This document shows, piece by piece, positions 5,997-14,646 of a DNA stretch of 17,352 nucleotides (its first letter is position 1; the number at the start of each line of letters is the position of its first letter). The notes under the pieces are model-generated. The model saw nothing but the letters and a program-made list of their open reading frames with translations. It searched no databases and was not told the origin of the DNA. The stretch comes from a virus (Duplodnaviria; Heunggongvirae; Uroviricota; Caudoviricetes): IMG/VR virus record IMGVR_UViG_3300032295_004069. One strand, 5' to 3'. The translations under genes and the position numbers were made by a program.

Positions 5997-6262
5997 ACAT
6001 TAATGAAATTATTAACATTTTGGATGGTGTAAACAGATTCGTATCTATCCTCACAATAATCCCAAAGTGTTTTCAACTTCAGATAAGGGTGTTTTTGAGA
6101 TTTTGACCATTTTTTTGCCAATTCGTAGTCCTCAACGGTCCAAGTTAGTTTACGATTTGGTTTTTTTACAAACAAACCCCTGAATTTCAATAAAATTTGA
6201 AAAAAACCGTTTTTCAAATTATAAATAAAGTTTTTTGGTTTCATTAAATATTTTTTTACCAA
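5993..6262 (-). CDS. Hypothetical protein (true start may be ATG 6244 or TTG 6217)
   Basis: 89-aa ORF; an in-frame TTG at 6217 follows the upstream stop as TAA-T-TTG, the same junction as at 6745/6743. Confidence 0.65.
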   Translation of the reverse strand: MVKKYLMKPKNFIYNLKNGFFQILLKFRGLFVKKPNRKLTWTVEDYELAKKWSKSQKHPYLKLKTLWDYCEDRYESVYTIQNVNNFINV

Positions 6263-6413
6263 TCATATCTAACCTATCAATCTCTTTTTGGTCATTTTCT
6301 GATACTTCGAAATTTTTTGCTTTAATTTGTCTGATTTGTTCTTGGACCCTTTCGTATTGGTACAAATATTTGTTGTATAGTTCGGCTTTTTGTTCGTTTG
6401 TGAGTCTTTGCAT
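6219..6413 (-). CDS. Small coiled-coil hypothetical protein
   Basis: 64-aa helical ORF filling the gap between neighbours. Confidence 0.7.
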   Translation of the reverse strand: MQRLTNEQKAELYNKYLYQYERVQEQIRQIKAKNFEVSENDQKEIDRLDMIGKKIFNETKKLYL

Positions 6414-6432
6414 TGTCTTTTTTTTAAAAAAT

Positions 6433-6466
6433 AAAAAAAGGGAACAAAATGTAAATCATGTTCCCT
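6433..6466 (-). terminator. Intrinsic terminator overlapping the stop of 6456-6743
   Basis: Minus strand AGGGAACA-(12 nt)-TGTTCCCT followed by a T tract. Confidence 0.55.
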
Positions 6467-6743
6467 GTTTAGTAGTGTTGTAAATTGAATTCAGTTCGTC
6501 TACAACTGAAAATATTTTGTTTTTGGTATCTTGGTGAACTTTTTTACCAACTTTGAACAAAGAATTTAATTCTTTGAGTTTTCCCATGATTTCTTCGAGA
6601 GAATCTTCCAAATTTGAATTACCTGTACTAGTGTCGTATTCAACAGGTTGGACATATCTATCCAAATCCATTGCCGCACTGGCCGAACCTGTCTCTAACA
6701 ATCTTTTATACTGTTTTTCGGTAATTAAAATTGTTTTCACCAA
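6456..6743 (-). CDS. Hypothetical protein with TE-leader (MVKTILITEKQYKRLLE); TTG or GTG start
   Basis: 95-aa ORF starting 1 nt after the upstream stop. Confidence 0.75.
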   Translation of the reverse strand: MVKTILITEKQYKRLLETGSASAAMDLDRYVQPVEYDTSTGNSNLEDSLEEIMGKLKELNSLFKVGKKVHQDTKNKIFSVVDELNSIYNTTKQGT

Positions 6744-6744
6744 A

Positions 6745-7110
6745 TTAAGCGTTAGCTAAAGTTACATTGATAGTTGAAGACGGGTTCAAATTTACCCAAT
6801 CTAACAATTTTTCTTCACTTTCAGAAGAAACCTCAATGTTGAATTCAAAGTTGATATCTCCTTTAAGTTTATTATCTCCAACGTTTGAAAGATATAGATA
6901 AACACCATCGTTTGCTCTGAAAATAACTTTGAAAGTACCTAAAAATACTCCACAAGCTTCGTCAGAATATATGTTGAAAATTTTATCTGACGTAACATCA
7001 GTCAATTCAACAGTTATATCCTCAGTCGCATCTGCTGGTTTGTGGACAAATGAGTCGTTTTCCAACTTTATGAATTTATTTGATTCGTTTCTTGAATTAA
7101 TAGTTGCCAT
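6745..7110 (-). CDS. Hypothetical beta-rich protein
   Basis: 121-aa ORF; TATTTAT 16 nt upstream. Confidence 0.75.
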   Translation of the reverse strand: MATINSRNESNKFIKLENDSFVHKPADATEDITVELTDVTSDKIFNIYSDEACGVFLGTFKVIFRANDGVYLYLSNVGDNKLKGDINFEFNIEVSSESEEKLLDWVNLNPSSTINVTLANA

Positions 7111-7164
7111 AGTTTTGATTTTATATATAAATAGTCTTATTTTTATTAAGAAATATTTATTGTT

Positions 7165-8019
7165 ATGAAAAATCTACTCTTAATCATCATACTACTTCCT
7201 ATTTTTGCTTTTTCTCAATCAGAAAAAGAACAAAAAGCAAACATCAGAACTAATACACAGACTCAAACGACAAATTCACAAAGTCGAGTAAGTTCTAATG
7301 AAATTTTTCAAAAACAAGACATAAGAAGGGAGACTCAAAATCCAAGACGACCAACCGTAATCCAACAACAACCAATTTATGGGAATAATTTGGGTTGGAA
7401 TAGATGGAACAGGTGGAATAGATGGGGGGCTCCATATTCCTATTTGGATTTCTATGATTGGGATTTTTATGATAGATGGGGTTACAGAACTCCTGCAAGA
7501 ATTTATCAGTATTCTGATGGAAAAAGAGACACAATTGTAAGTAAAAAGAATAAAACCAGGTTAGGAGTCAATTTTTCCACTAACAATGAAGTCGGGGGTT
7601 GGATTACTGTTGGTAGAGGTGTTTATTTTAAAGGACAATTTTCCAAAATTATATCACAAGATAAGTCAGAATATTATACTCACTCAGATGTTAATTTCTA
7701 TAACGCCACAACAACATGGAATGACCAAAGATTAGAGGACATAACCAAAGGTTGGTCTTTGTACTTAGGTGTGGGTAGGGAATTTAAGAATTCAGGGGTT
7801 AACATATCTTTAGGTGTTGGTAGAGAAACGGAAAATTATCAATTTTTTGACGAGTATTATCAACTTTCCAACAACGGAAAATATTCATTCAAGAATTTTG
7901 CAGATGACTATGTGACTCTAAGTATGGGTGTTACACACGACTTCAAATTTTTATCAATTAGTGGTGATTACGACCCAATAAGAAAGACCTTTTGGTTAGG
8001 TGCTGGATTCAATTTTTAG
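7165..8019 (+). CDS. Signal-peptide protein with Trp/Arg-rich segment and probable C-terminal outer-membrane beta-barrel
   Basis: Signal MKNLLLIIILLPIFAFS-Q; alternating amphipathic strands (RLGVNFST, GWSLYLGVGREF, VNISLGVG, VTLSMGVTHDF); ends FWLGAGFNF with a terminal Phe. Confidence 0.75.
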   Translation: MKNLLLIIILLPIFAFSQSEKEQKANIRTNTQTQTTNSQSRVSSNEIFQKQDIRRETQNPRRPTVIQQQPIYGNNLGWNRWNRWNRWGAPYSYLDFYDWDFYDRWGYRTPARIYQYSDGKRDTIVSKKNKTRLGVNFSTNNEVGGWITVGRGVYFKGQFSKIISQDKSEYYTHSDVNFYNATTTWNDQRLEDITKGWSLYLGVGREFKNSGVNISLGVGRETENYQFFDEYYQLSNNGKYSFKNFADDYVTLSMGVTHDFKFLSISGDYDPIRKTFWLGAGFNF

Positions 8020-8215
8020 TTTTTTTCTTTTCATCTCTCACCTCTGTCCATTCGAACCAAAATGCAAGTAAAACCAAAAGGTTTATACCTAAAGACATCA
8101 TAATTGTCTTTAAATTATCGTAGGAGTTCATTGTAAGATGAATGTGACCAACCACCCAAAACGGCACCGCTAATTTTGAAGCAACATATCTGATAAAAAA
8201 CTTGAAAAATTCCAT
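8009..8215 (-). CDS. Small two-helix membrane protein
   Basis: 68 aa with two hydrophobic segments and a basic C-terminal tail (KKKTKN). Confidence 0.7.
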   Translation of the reverse strand: MEFFKFFIRYVASKLAVPFWVVGHIHLTMNSYDNLKTIMMSLGINLLVLLAFWFEWTEVRDEKKKTKN

Positions 8216-8248
8216 TATCTATAAGTATTGTATTTATAATATACAATT

Positions 8249-9301
8249 ATGAGAAAAGACTTAAAAGAAGCGGTTGGTGTTCCTTTGAATATTCATGAAA
8301 CATCTGAACAGATTTTTAAAAAAATTACTAATTGGGTTAAAAATCTAAAAAAAGAAGATTTAGAACCAGGTGTTGGTGCACAAAAAGATTTAAGAGGAAG
8401 TTTCAATATTGCAGATTTTCCATTTTCAACCGTAAGAATAAAGTTGGGTGTTGAACCTCACAAGAAAGCTAAGGAACCTGAACTGATGTCTATGTCTGTT
8501 CAGACAGAATCACGAAAGACTGAGGATTTCAAACTAAAGTCTATCAAGAGCAAGAGTGTTAATATTTTAATCTTAATAGTAGTTCCAATAGATTGGGATT
8601 ATAGTCAACTAACATCATTTTTTCAATCAAACAAAAGTGAAATCGTTCAAAGTCTAAGTCACGAATTGAAACACGCTTACGACCACCACAAGAAAATATA
8701 CGATAAAATGGAAGATAGAGCAATCTATCAAGGTGCAGTAGGTGCTGGCATTGGTATTGATGCCATCGATATGTTCATTCATGATATATATTACACGTCA
8801 GCAAACGAAAATTTAGTAAGACCTAGTGAATTTCTAAGTGCAATAAAATCAAATAAAATTTCTCAGAAAGATTTTTTAAATTTTCTAACTAATCACACAA
8901 CTTACCAAAATTTTAAAAGAATCCAAAATTTTAACTTCGAAGATTTTACACAAAGAATATTATCAAAACCAAAACAGGTTGATAAATTCATCAAAAAAAT
9001 CGGGTTGGACCCAACCAACATGAGAGATAAGACTAAAATAAAAAAAGTCTTAGAAGCCACTTATAATTTCATTGCAAACAGTAGTATTACAAACTATCAA
9101 GAAATTTTAAAACAGTCTATTTTGGATGACCTGATTGGATTTCAAGACGAGAGACAAAAGATGTTTAATGATTTCATTAAGAAAATGTACAGATTCAAAA
9201 AACCTGAAGACTTTTACAAATACTACGAGAAAGAATTCAAGTACGTTGCCACTGAAATGATAAAAAAAATTTCTAAGGTATATTCTTTAATCGAAAGGTA
9301 G
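8249..9301 (+). CDS. HEXXH-motif protein, putative zinc metallopeptidase-like
   Basis: QSLSHELKHAYDH (HELKH at 8660-8674); later candidate third ligand in NENLVRPSE; TATTTAT 11 nt upstream. Confidence 0.6.
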   Translation: MRKDLKEAVGVPLNIHETSEQIFKKITNWVKNLKKEDLEPGVGAQKDLRGSFNIADFPFSTVRIKLGVEPHKKAKEPELMSMSVQTESRKTEDFKLKSIKSKSVNILILIVVPIDWDYSQLTSFFQSNKSEIVQSLSHELKHAYDHHKKIYDKMEDRAIYQGAVGAGIGIDAIDMFIHDIYYTSANENLVRPSEFLSAIKSNKISQKDFLNFLTNHTTYQNFKRIQNFNFEDFTQRILSKPKQVDKFIKKIGLDPTNMRDKTKIKKVLEATYNFIANSSITNYQEILKQSILDDLIGFQDERQKMFNDFIKKMYRFKKPEDFYKYYEKEFKYVATEMIKKISKVYSLIER

Positions 9302-9736
9302 GTAATCCGAAACAAGAACCCTTCCGTTATAATTTTTCATAGAAATGTATTTTTTGGCAAATCCATATGGAAATCCAAATCTGCTATTGTGTTCTAAAAT
9401 TCCACCTTTTTTTTTCAAGAAATCAGAGATGAAATACTCCATTGAACCTTGCTTTCGGGAAACCATTCTCATAGGTAATTCAAAACCTTGTTCAAACCAT
9501 TCACCAATTATTTTGGATAGTGTTTTTGTGTTGAGTGAAAAAAGACTCATATAAGACTCGAAAAATTTTTGATTGTAAAATAATTGTCCTCCCGAGTTTG
9601 CCTGAATGAACCAATCACGAGTATCGACATCCAATACCCATAAATCACTTTTGTTAGTGAGGATTTCTTTATCACGAATGTCCTCGTTAATTTTATTTAA
9701 AATAAATTCCTTAAGTTTCGGGTGAATTTCACTCAT
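9287..9736 (-). CDS. Hypothetical protein
   Basis: 149-aa ORF; no motif recognised. Confidence 0.7.
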   Translation of the reverse strand: MSEIHPKLKEFILNKINEDIRDKEILTNKSDLWVLDVDTRDWFIQANSGGQLFYNQKFFESYMSLFSLNTKTLSKIIGEWFEQGFELPMRMVSRKQGSMEYFISDFLKKKGGILEHNSRFGFPYGFAKKYISMKNYNGRVLVSDYLPFD

Positions 9737-9745
9737 GTATTAAAC

Positions 9746-10114
9746 TTACTCAACTGTTTTTACAGGTAAATCAAAATTTTTGTAAAACCACTTTTTAAAT
9801 GGTCCCACCCACTTATCTCCAAAGTAGGCATTCAATCTTTCATCGTAGGGAAATTCTACATTTACAATGGGGCAGAGTTCTCTCGCTTCACTACCCTCAT
9901 CAAAATACTCACAAAAATAGTATCTAAAACAAGTATCATCATCTCCGTAATCTCCGATATAAAACTCCATTCTAGTATCATCATCATACTCTTCACCCGT
10001 ATCATCATTATATTCATATGGTACGGTATAATTGATATTATCTACGTCAAAAAGTTCGTCAAGGTAATTTGTAATAGTCTCTTCTAATCTAGATTCTGTG
10101 ATGATGTATTTCAT
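9746..10114 (-). CDS. Acidic hypothetical protein with TE-leader (MKYIITESRLEETI)
   Basis: 122-aa ORF translationally coupled to the upstream gene. Confidence 0.8.
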   Translation of the reverse strand: MKYIITESRLEETITNYLDELFDVDNINYTVPYEYNDDTGEEYDDDTRMEFYIGDYGDDDTCFRYYFCEYFDEGSEARELCPIVNVEFPYDERLNAYFGDKWVGPFKKWFYKNFDLPVKTVE

Positions 10115-10115
10115 A

Positions 10116-10898
10116 TTACGCCAAACCTGATTCTTTATCTATTAAATTATTTACCTTAACAGTTGCCTTCGCCCATGGTCCTGTGAATGTTTCAGTCCTA
10201 TTATCTTTTGCAATATCCAATAATTCTTCGTCAGATTTACCTTGTTTTACTGCATCTTCCAATTTCTTTGCAAACTTTTGGAAGTGACCAGGACCGTTCC
10301 AAGTCGCGTAGGACATGTGTAATAATAAACCGTCGTTACCTTCAATTCTTTTTTTTGTTTCAGGCTCTTTTACATAATTAGACATGTTCTTTTCATATTG
10401 CTGAAACATTATTTTAGATGCTAAATCTTTCAGTTCTTGTTCCATTTCTCCACCACGATAATTGTAAGTCCATTTTTTACAAAAATCCGACATTCCTAAC
10501 TTTTCCTTTTGGTCGTCAATTAATCTGAAAAATTCTTTTCCTTCAGGTCCTAAACTTTCAATGTTTCCTGCCTTTCTGTCCAAACCAAACAAAGTTTCAC
10601 CCGATTTTTTGTACATCGAATCCCATGGGTGATTTTTACATTCATAATGATTCCAATAACCTCCCTCAAAATTATCGATAACTTTTTTGGTAACCTCATT
10701 CCATCTTGATTCAACACTACCTGAACTACTTGATGATTTTTTATTTGTAGAATCATCTTTAGGAGTGTCTCCTTTTTCGATATTAAGTTTCTTTAGTAAT
10801 TTTCCAACCACATCTTCTCCTTGTCCACCAAAAACATTTCTAACCAATAGGTCAGTGAAATCTTGTTCAGAAATTATAACTTTTACTTTTTTTCCCAT
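10116..10898 (-). CDS. GH108-like peptidoglycan hydrolase with SE-leader and Ser-rich linker
   Basis: VIDNFEGGY...SGETLFGLDRK resembles the EGGY...GETxxGI catalytic signature of glycoside hydrolase family 108. N-terminal MGKKVKVIISEQDFTDLL, linker KKSSSSSGS. Confidence 0.6.
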   Translation of the reverse strand: MGKKVKVIISEQDFTDLLVRNVFGGQGEDVVGKLLKKLNIEKGDTPKDDSTNKKSSSSSGSVESRWNEVTKKVIDNFEGGYWNHYECKNHPWDSMYKKSGETLFGLDRKAGNIESLGPEGKEFFRLIDDQKEKLGMSDFCKKWTYNYRGGEMEQELKDLASKIMFQQYEKNMSNYVKEPETKKRIEGNDGLLLHMSYATWNGPGHFQKFAKKLEDAVKQGKSDEELLDIAKDNRTETFTGPWAKATVKVNNLIDKESGLA

Positions 10899-10913
10899 AC
10901 AAATAAATACAAC

Positions 10914-10938
10914 AAAAAACCCTCTTTTCAGAGGGTTT
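10914..10938 (-). terminator. Intrinsic terminator after the cyclophilin gene
   Basis: Minus strand AAACCCTC-TGAAAA-GAGGGTTT followed by TTT. Confidence 0.8.
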
Positions 10939-10951
10939 ATATTATTCGACT

Positions 10952-11383
10952 TTAAAGAATTGAAATAGAATTTATTTTGTCTCCTTGTTGAATTTGGTCA
11001 ATAATATCCAATCCTTCCATCACCTTACCAAAACAAGTATGATTTCTGTCCAAATGTTGAGTGTTTTGTCTATTGTGGCAAATGAAAAACTGTGAACCAC
11101 CTGTGTTTCTACCAGCATGTGCCATAGATAAAACTCCTTTATCGTGGAATTGATTAGGTTTATCTATCTCACACGGGATTTGATAACCAGGTCCACCTGT
11201 TCCATTACCATTAGGACAACCACCTTGGATTACAAAATTAGGAATAACTCTATGGAAATTTAATCCATCATAGAATTTGTTTTGAATTAGTTCAATAAAG
11301 TTTTTTACTGTGATTGGGGTTGCATCATCATATAGGTCTGCAATCATGTCCCCTTTGTCTGTTGAAATTTTTATTTTAGTCAT
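10952..11383 (-). CDS. Cyclophilin-type peptidyl-prolyl cis-trans isomerase
   Basis: FYDGLNFHRVIPNFVIQGG, GTGGPGY, LSMAHAGRNTGGSQFFI, HLDRNHTCFGKV: full cyclophilin signature. Confidence 0.97.
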   Translation of the reverse strand: MTKIKISTDKGDMIADLYDDATPITVKNFIELIQNKFYDGLNFHRVIPNFVIQGGCPNGNGTGGPGYQIPCEIDKPNQFHDKGVLSMAHAGRNTGGSQFFICHNRQNTQHLDRNHTCFGKVMEGLDIIDQIQQGDKINSISIL

Positions 11384-11399
11384 AATTGAAATTATATAA

Positions 11400-11423
11400 C
11401 AAAAATAATATAAAACAAAATTA
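11400..11423 (-). promoter_or_regulatory. Two TAnnTTTG (-7) elements upstream of the cyclophilin gene
   Basis: Minus strand TAATTTTG (11423-11416) and TATTTTTG (11407-11400); -33 box is imperfect. Confidence 0.5.
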
Positions 11424-11425
11424 TA

Positions 11426-11761
11426 TCAGAAAATATATGCTCTTTTTTTCAGAGTTGATATGTCTGGCTTTTTAGTGCCTTCAATGCTCTCCCACTCTAA
11501 AATGAAAAGACCATTTATAAAATAATCGAATCTAACTTTATCTATTGAAAGGTATTGAAGAGCACTGTACAACTCTTCTGTGATTGAATTATTGAAATCT
11601 CTGATACCGACACAAGTGAATTTATCCTTTAGAAATATGTCCTTCTGTGTAGAATAAATTTGAACAGACCCAAGCCAATTACCATCGACTCCTGTCGTAA
11701 CTATTGTGGGACCAACCTTTACGTAACCCACAGAGAAAAATTTTTCAAATAATGGATTCAT
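11426..11761 (-). CDS. Hypothetical protein
   Basis: ORF track 11426-11773; start moved to ATG 11761 (MNPLFEKFF) because the TTG at 11773 lies inside a -7 promoter box. Confidence 0.65.
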   Translation of the reverse strand: MNPLFEKFFSVGYVKVGPTIVTTGVDGNWLGSVQIYSTQKDIFLKDKFTCVGIRDFNNSITEELYSALQYLSIDKVRFDYFINGLFILEWESIEGTKKPDISTLKKRAYIF

Positions 11762-11770
11762 GATAAAATC

Positions 11771-11802
11771 CAAAATTAAAATAAATCATTTATTTTTTCA
11801 AG
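11771..11802 (-). promoter_or_regulatory. Bacteroidota-type promoter (CTTG-N20-TAATTTTG)
   Basis: -7 box at 11778-11771 and near-consensus -33 box at 11802-11799 with 20-nt spacing. Confidence 0.55.
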
Positions 11803-12797
11803 TGATTGAAAGTATACGAAATCAATGCACTTTTCGGTAATTCTTCATGGTATCTATATCTTGGACCTATGTAAGGTCTCAATTCTTGATTCAATTTTCT
11901 TTTGATTGCCTTTTCTACTCTTTCCTTTGTAACTCCCTCTAATTCTCCTTTCAAATAATTCTCAGGAGTTGGAATACCCTTCCCTAAATCGTGTTTCATA
12001 ACATCATGTACGTCAACATTCACGACCAAACTACCGTCTTTTTCCGTTACAGAATTAATTTTGTATTTTGCTTTGAATCCGTGTAATTCATCAGGTTCAC
12101 CCCAAACGTATCTATTTTGTGTGACGAAAGACATTCTTTTGTTTTTGAGTTCATCTTCAACTGATTTCAAACTCTTAACTTTGTTATTCATCACTTGTTC
12201 GTGATTTGCTCCTTTCCAAAGCATTTCCATTTCCTTTCTTGTGAGAAGAAACACCTTTTCACCTAATTCCTCATTCCACGAAACTGGATTTGCGTTACGC
12301 ATTTGTCTTCCAGTTGAAGATGAATATCTTTCAACTATTTCATACCATCTATTGTTTTTGAAAATATAAATTGGATACCAACCGTACGACATAACAACAT
12401 AATAGGGTACACCTTTGGGGTCCTTAGCCCAATATCCCTCCAAGTTACTTCCTCTGAATGGTAATTGTGCAATTGTATATAAATCGGCTTTGGTGTTTGG
12501 TGTCCACTTCCCTTTCATTTCTCTCGGGTCAACAAAATTTTCTTTTGTTATTGAACTATAATCACCATCTTTTCTGTAGTTTAACAGATATAGTTCTAAC
12601 AAAAAAAGTTCATGACCCTGTGGTAAGTTCATGTAACCTGTAAGATTCTTGATAACATCTAAAAGTTCGGCTCTTGTTTTCTTAGTTTTCTTTTCTTCGT
12701 TGAGAAAACGAAATAGTTTTACAATGTGAGGTTCAATTACTGATTCACTTTGTTCTACAATCAACCTAAATCTTTCTAATATTTTATTAAAACCCAT
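11790..12797 (-). CDS. Hypothetical protein (335 aa)
   Basis: ORF track 11790-12833; start moved to ATG 12797 (MGFNKILERFRLIVEQ), 7 nt after the upstream stop. Central aromatic motif YYVVMSYGWYPIYIF. Confidence 0.75.
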   Translation of the reverse strand: MGFNKILERFRLIVEQSESVIEPHIVKLFRFLNEEKKTKKTRAELLDVIKNLTGYMNLPQGHELFLLELYLLNYRKDGDYSSITKENFVDPREMKGKWTPNTKADLYTIAQLPFRGSNLEGYWAKDPKGVPYYVVMSYGWYPIYIFKNNRWYEIVERYSSSTGRQMRNANPVSWNEELGEKVFLLTRKEMEMLWKGANHEQVMNNKVKSLKSVEDELKNKRMSFVTQNRYVWGEPDELHGFKAKYKINSVTEKDGSLVVNVDVHDVMKHDLGKGIPTPENYLKGELEGVTKERVEKAIKRKLNQELRPYIGPRYRYHEELPKSALISYTFNHLKK

Positions 12798-12804
12798 ACC
12801 AAAA

Positions 12805-13233
12805 TTATTTTTGTGCTTTGCAAGCTTCCGCACCCATATTTGCTAATTCCGTTGAATAAACTGTCTTACTACCTGAAACGAAACCATTCTCGGCAGGTAG
12901 TTTTGAACAATCCGCAGTTGCAGACCAATTTCCGAAATTTGCGGTTACTTTTCCACCCTGTGCGGTAACACCACCTGTTAAGATGTATCCCCCCTCTCTT
13001 GTTCTCAATTCTTTGTCTTTATATAAAATCACACTTTGACCTGAAGTATTGGCACTCAAGGAAGATGCCGTTTGTTCTAATTCAGAACCAGGTACTCTCG
13101 AAATATCTCCATATCCCGCAGCCTTTACAGTTCCTGAATCGGCCCCCGTAGTGGCTGGTGTTGTAGATGTTTCTTGTTCTACCATTAACTCAATCAATCT
13201 TTTGTATTGAGTTTCTTTGATAATGTATCTCAT
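12805..13233 (-). CDS. Hypothetical protein with leader MRYIIKETQYKRLIE and Thr/Gly-rich body
   Basis: 142-aa ORF; its ATG overlaps the stop of the upstream small ORF (ATGA). Confidence 0.8.
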   Translation of the reverse strand: MRYIIKETQYKRLIELMVEQETSTTPATTGADSGTVKAAGYGDISRVPGSELEQTASSLSANTSGQSVILYKDKELRTREGGYILTGGVTAQGGKVTANFGNWSATADCSKLPAENGFVSGSKTVYSTELANMGAEACKAQK

Positions 13234-13340
13234 GATTTTAATTTTTTTAATATTAAATTATTTTCAGAAATTCTCTTTGATGTTTTTACTCCCGATTTTT
13301 TACTTCTCATCGGTCTTGGTTTTTTTGCTTTAGTTCCCAT
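13230..13340 (-). CDS. 36-aa basic peptide (not in ORF track)
   Basis: MGTKAKKPRPMRSKKSGVKTSKRISENNLILKKLKS*. Starts 1 nt after the upstream TAA and ends in an ATGA overlap with the next gene. Confidence 0.8.
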   Translation of the reverse strand: MGTKAKKPRPMRSKKSGVKTSKRISENNLILKKLKS

Positions 13341-13341
13341 T

Positions 13342-14199
13342 TTAGATATCAATTTTTATCTTTTGACCATATCCCAATTGTTGGAGGTATGATTTTATTT
13401 TATCCCTTAAAGCGTTTCTTAAAGCGAAACTCGGATACCCCGTAAAAACCAATTTCATTTCACCTCCTGTGACGTTAGGTTGAAATCTTATACTTTTCAA
13501 TCCTCTAGCTTCTGGGAATGCTCTAATATGTTTTTTTATTTGTTTGTTTAAAACATCTTTAATCCATTCATCTATACCAAAAAGAACAGGGTCGGTAACA
13601 CTTATCTCCACTTTTCCATGAACAGGATTACCCAATTCGAGTCCTATGAAATTTTCCAAAAAATGTGTAATCTTTCTTTCTAAATTATATCTATCCAATC
13701 TCTTTGTTTCATCCGCCAATAACATATTAGCATAAAGAACCTGTGGTTTGAATTTTACAAAATTTGGGTCATCTTCAATAATTTCAATTTGGGAGTATTC
13801 AGGTAATTCAAGATGTTCAATTAGGGTGGGGATAATCTTTTTATATTTTTCAGTGAACTTTTCTTCCTTATATAAACTTGGTAGTTTGTAGTGACCCTGT
13901 TTTACTGCGGCATCAACAATCCTTTGAACATCCCACTTATTTATTTCATAATCGTCTGATTCCCATCTGGCATTATCACCACCAAGACTCTGAAGGAATG
14001 GTTTTGAATACTTTTGAATCAAGTAACTTGTTGGGTAAGACCAAACCTCTTCAGGGGTATTTTTCTTTAACCAATTATGAAAAATTTGAAAAAAAGCAGA
14101 CATGTAATCAAAGTCACTGTAACTGAACTTAGATTCCTTTATGATTTTTTTAATCATAGAGACTAATTCTGATTCTTTCAATAAAACTCTTGTCGACAT
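13342..14199 (-). CDS. Hypothetical protein with leader MSTRVLLKESELVSMIKKIIKE
   Basis: 285-aa ORF; TATTTAT 5 nt upstream. Confidence 0.8.
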   Translation of the reverse strand: MSTRVLLKESELVSMIKKIIKESKFSYSDFDYMSAFFQIFHNWLKKNTPEEVWSYPTSYLIQKYSKPFLQSLGGDNARWESDDYEINKWDVQRIVDAAVKQGHYKLPSLYKEEKFTEKYKKIIPTLIEHLELPEYSQIEIIEDDPNFVKFKPQVLYANMLLADETKRLDRYNLERKITHFLENFIGLELGNPVHGKVEISVTDPVLFGIDEWIKDVLNKQIKKHIRAFPEARGLKSIRFQPNVTGGEMKLVFTGYPSFALRNALRDKIKSYLQQLGYGQKIKIDI

Positions 14200-14243
14200 A
14201 TTGTATAAATATAAGTTTTGGTGTGTTTTAGTAATCTAATCGA

Positions 14244-14645
14244 CTACAAGTCTTCAACATCTACTTTTAAATCTCCACCAAAATCAAATTGACTAAACTT
14301 TATCCCAGCATATCTCATCAATTCAACCATTGCTCCTCTCATATTGTGGAAATATGAATCACCATAAGCTTTCTCAGCCATTTCCAAACTTACGGGTCCA
14401 CCATCCCATCCAATTTCAACCAATGGCTTATTGTCTATAATAACGTAACAGTCGAAATCAATGAAGTTTTCAGTCATTGAATAGGGGCCCATTTTCTTCT
14501 TCTGTTTTACCTCTGTTGCTCTTTTGGTTGTGAACTTTAAAATATGGGGGTAAGATGTCGGCATTAAATTATCCCATATTTTTTTTAATGGTTTTGTGTA
14601 GTCACCAACAATTTCATCTTCACTATAATCTTTACTCCAACCCAT
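14244..14645 (-). CDS. Hypothetical protein
   Basis: 133-aa ORF starting 1 nt after the upstream stop. Confidence 0.75.
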   Translation of the reverse strand: MGWSKDYSEDEIVGDYTKPLKKIWDNLMPTSYPHILKFTTKRATEVKQKKKMGPYSMTENFIDFDCYVIIDNKPLVEIGWDGGPVSLEMAEKAYGDSYFHNMRGAMVELMRYAGIKFSQFDFGGDLKVDVEDL

Positions 14646-14646
14646 G

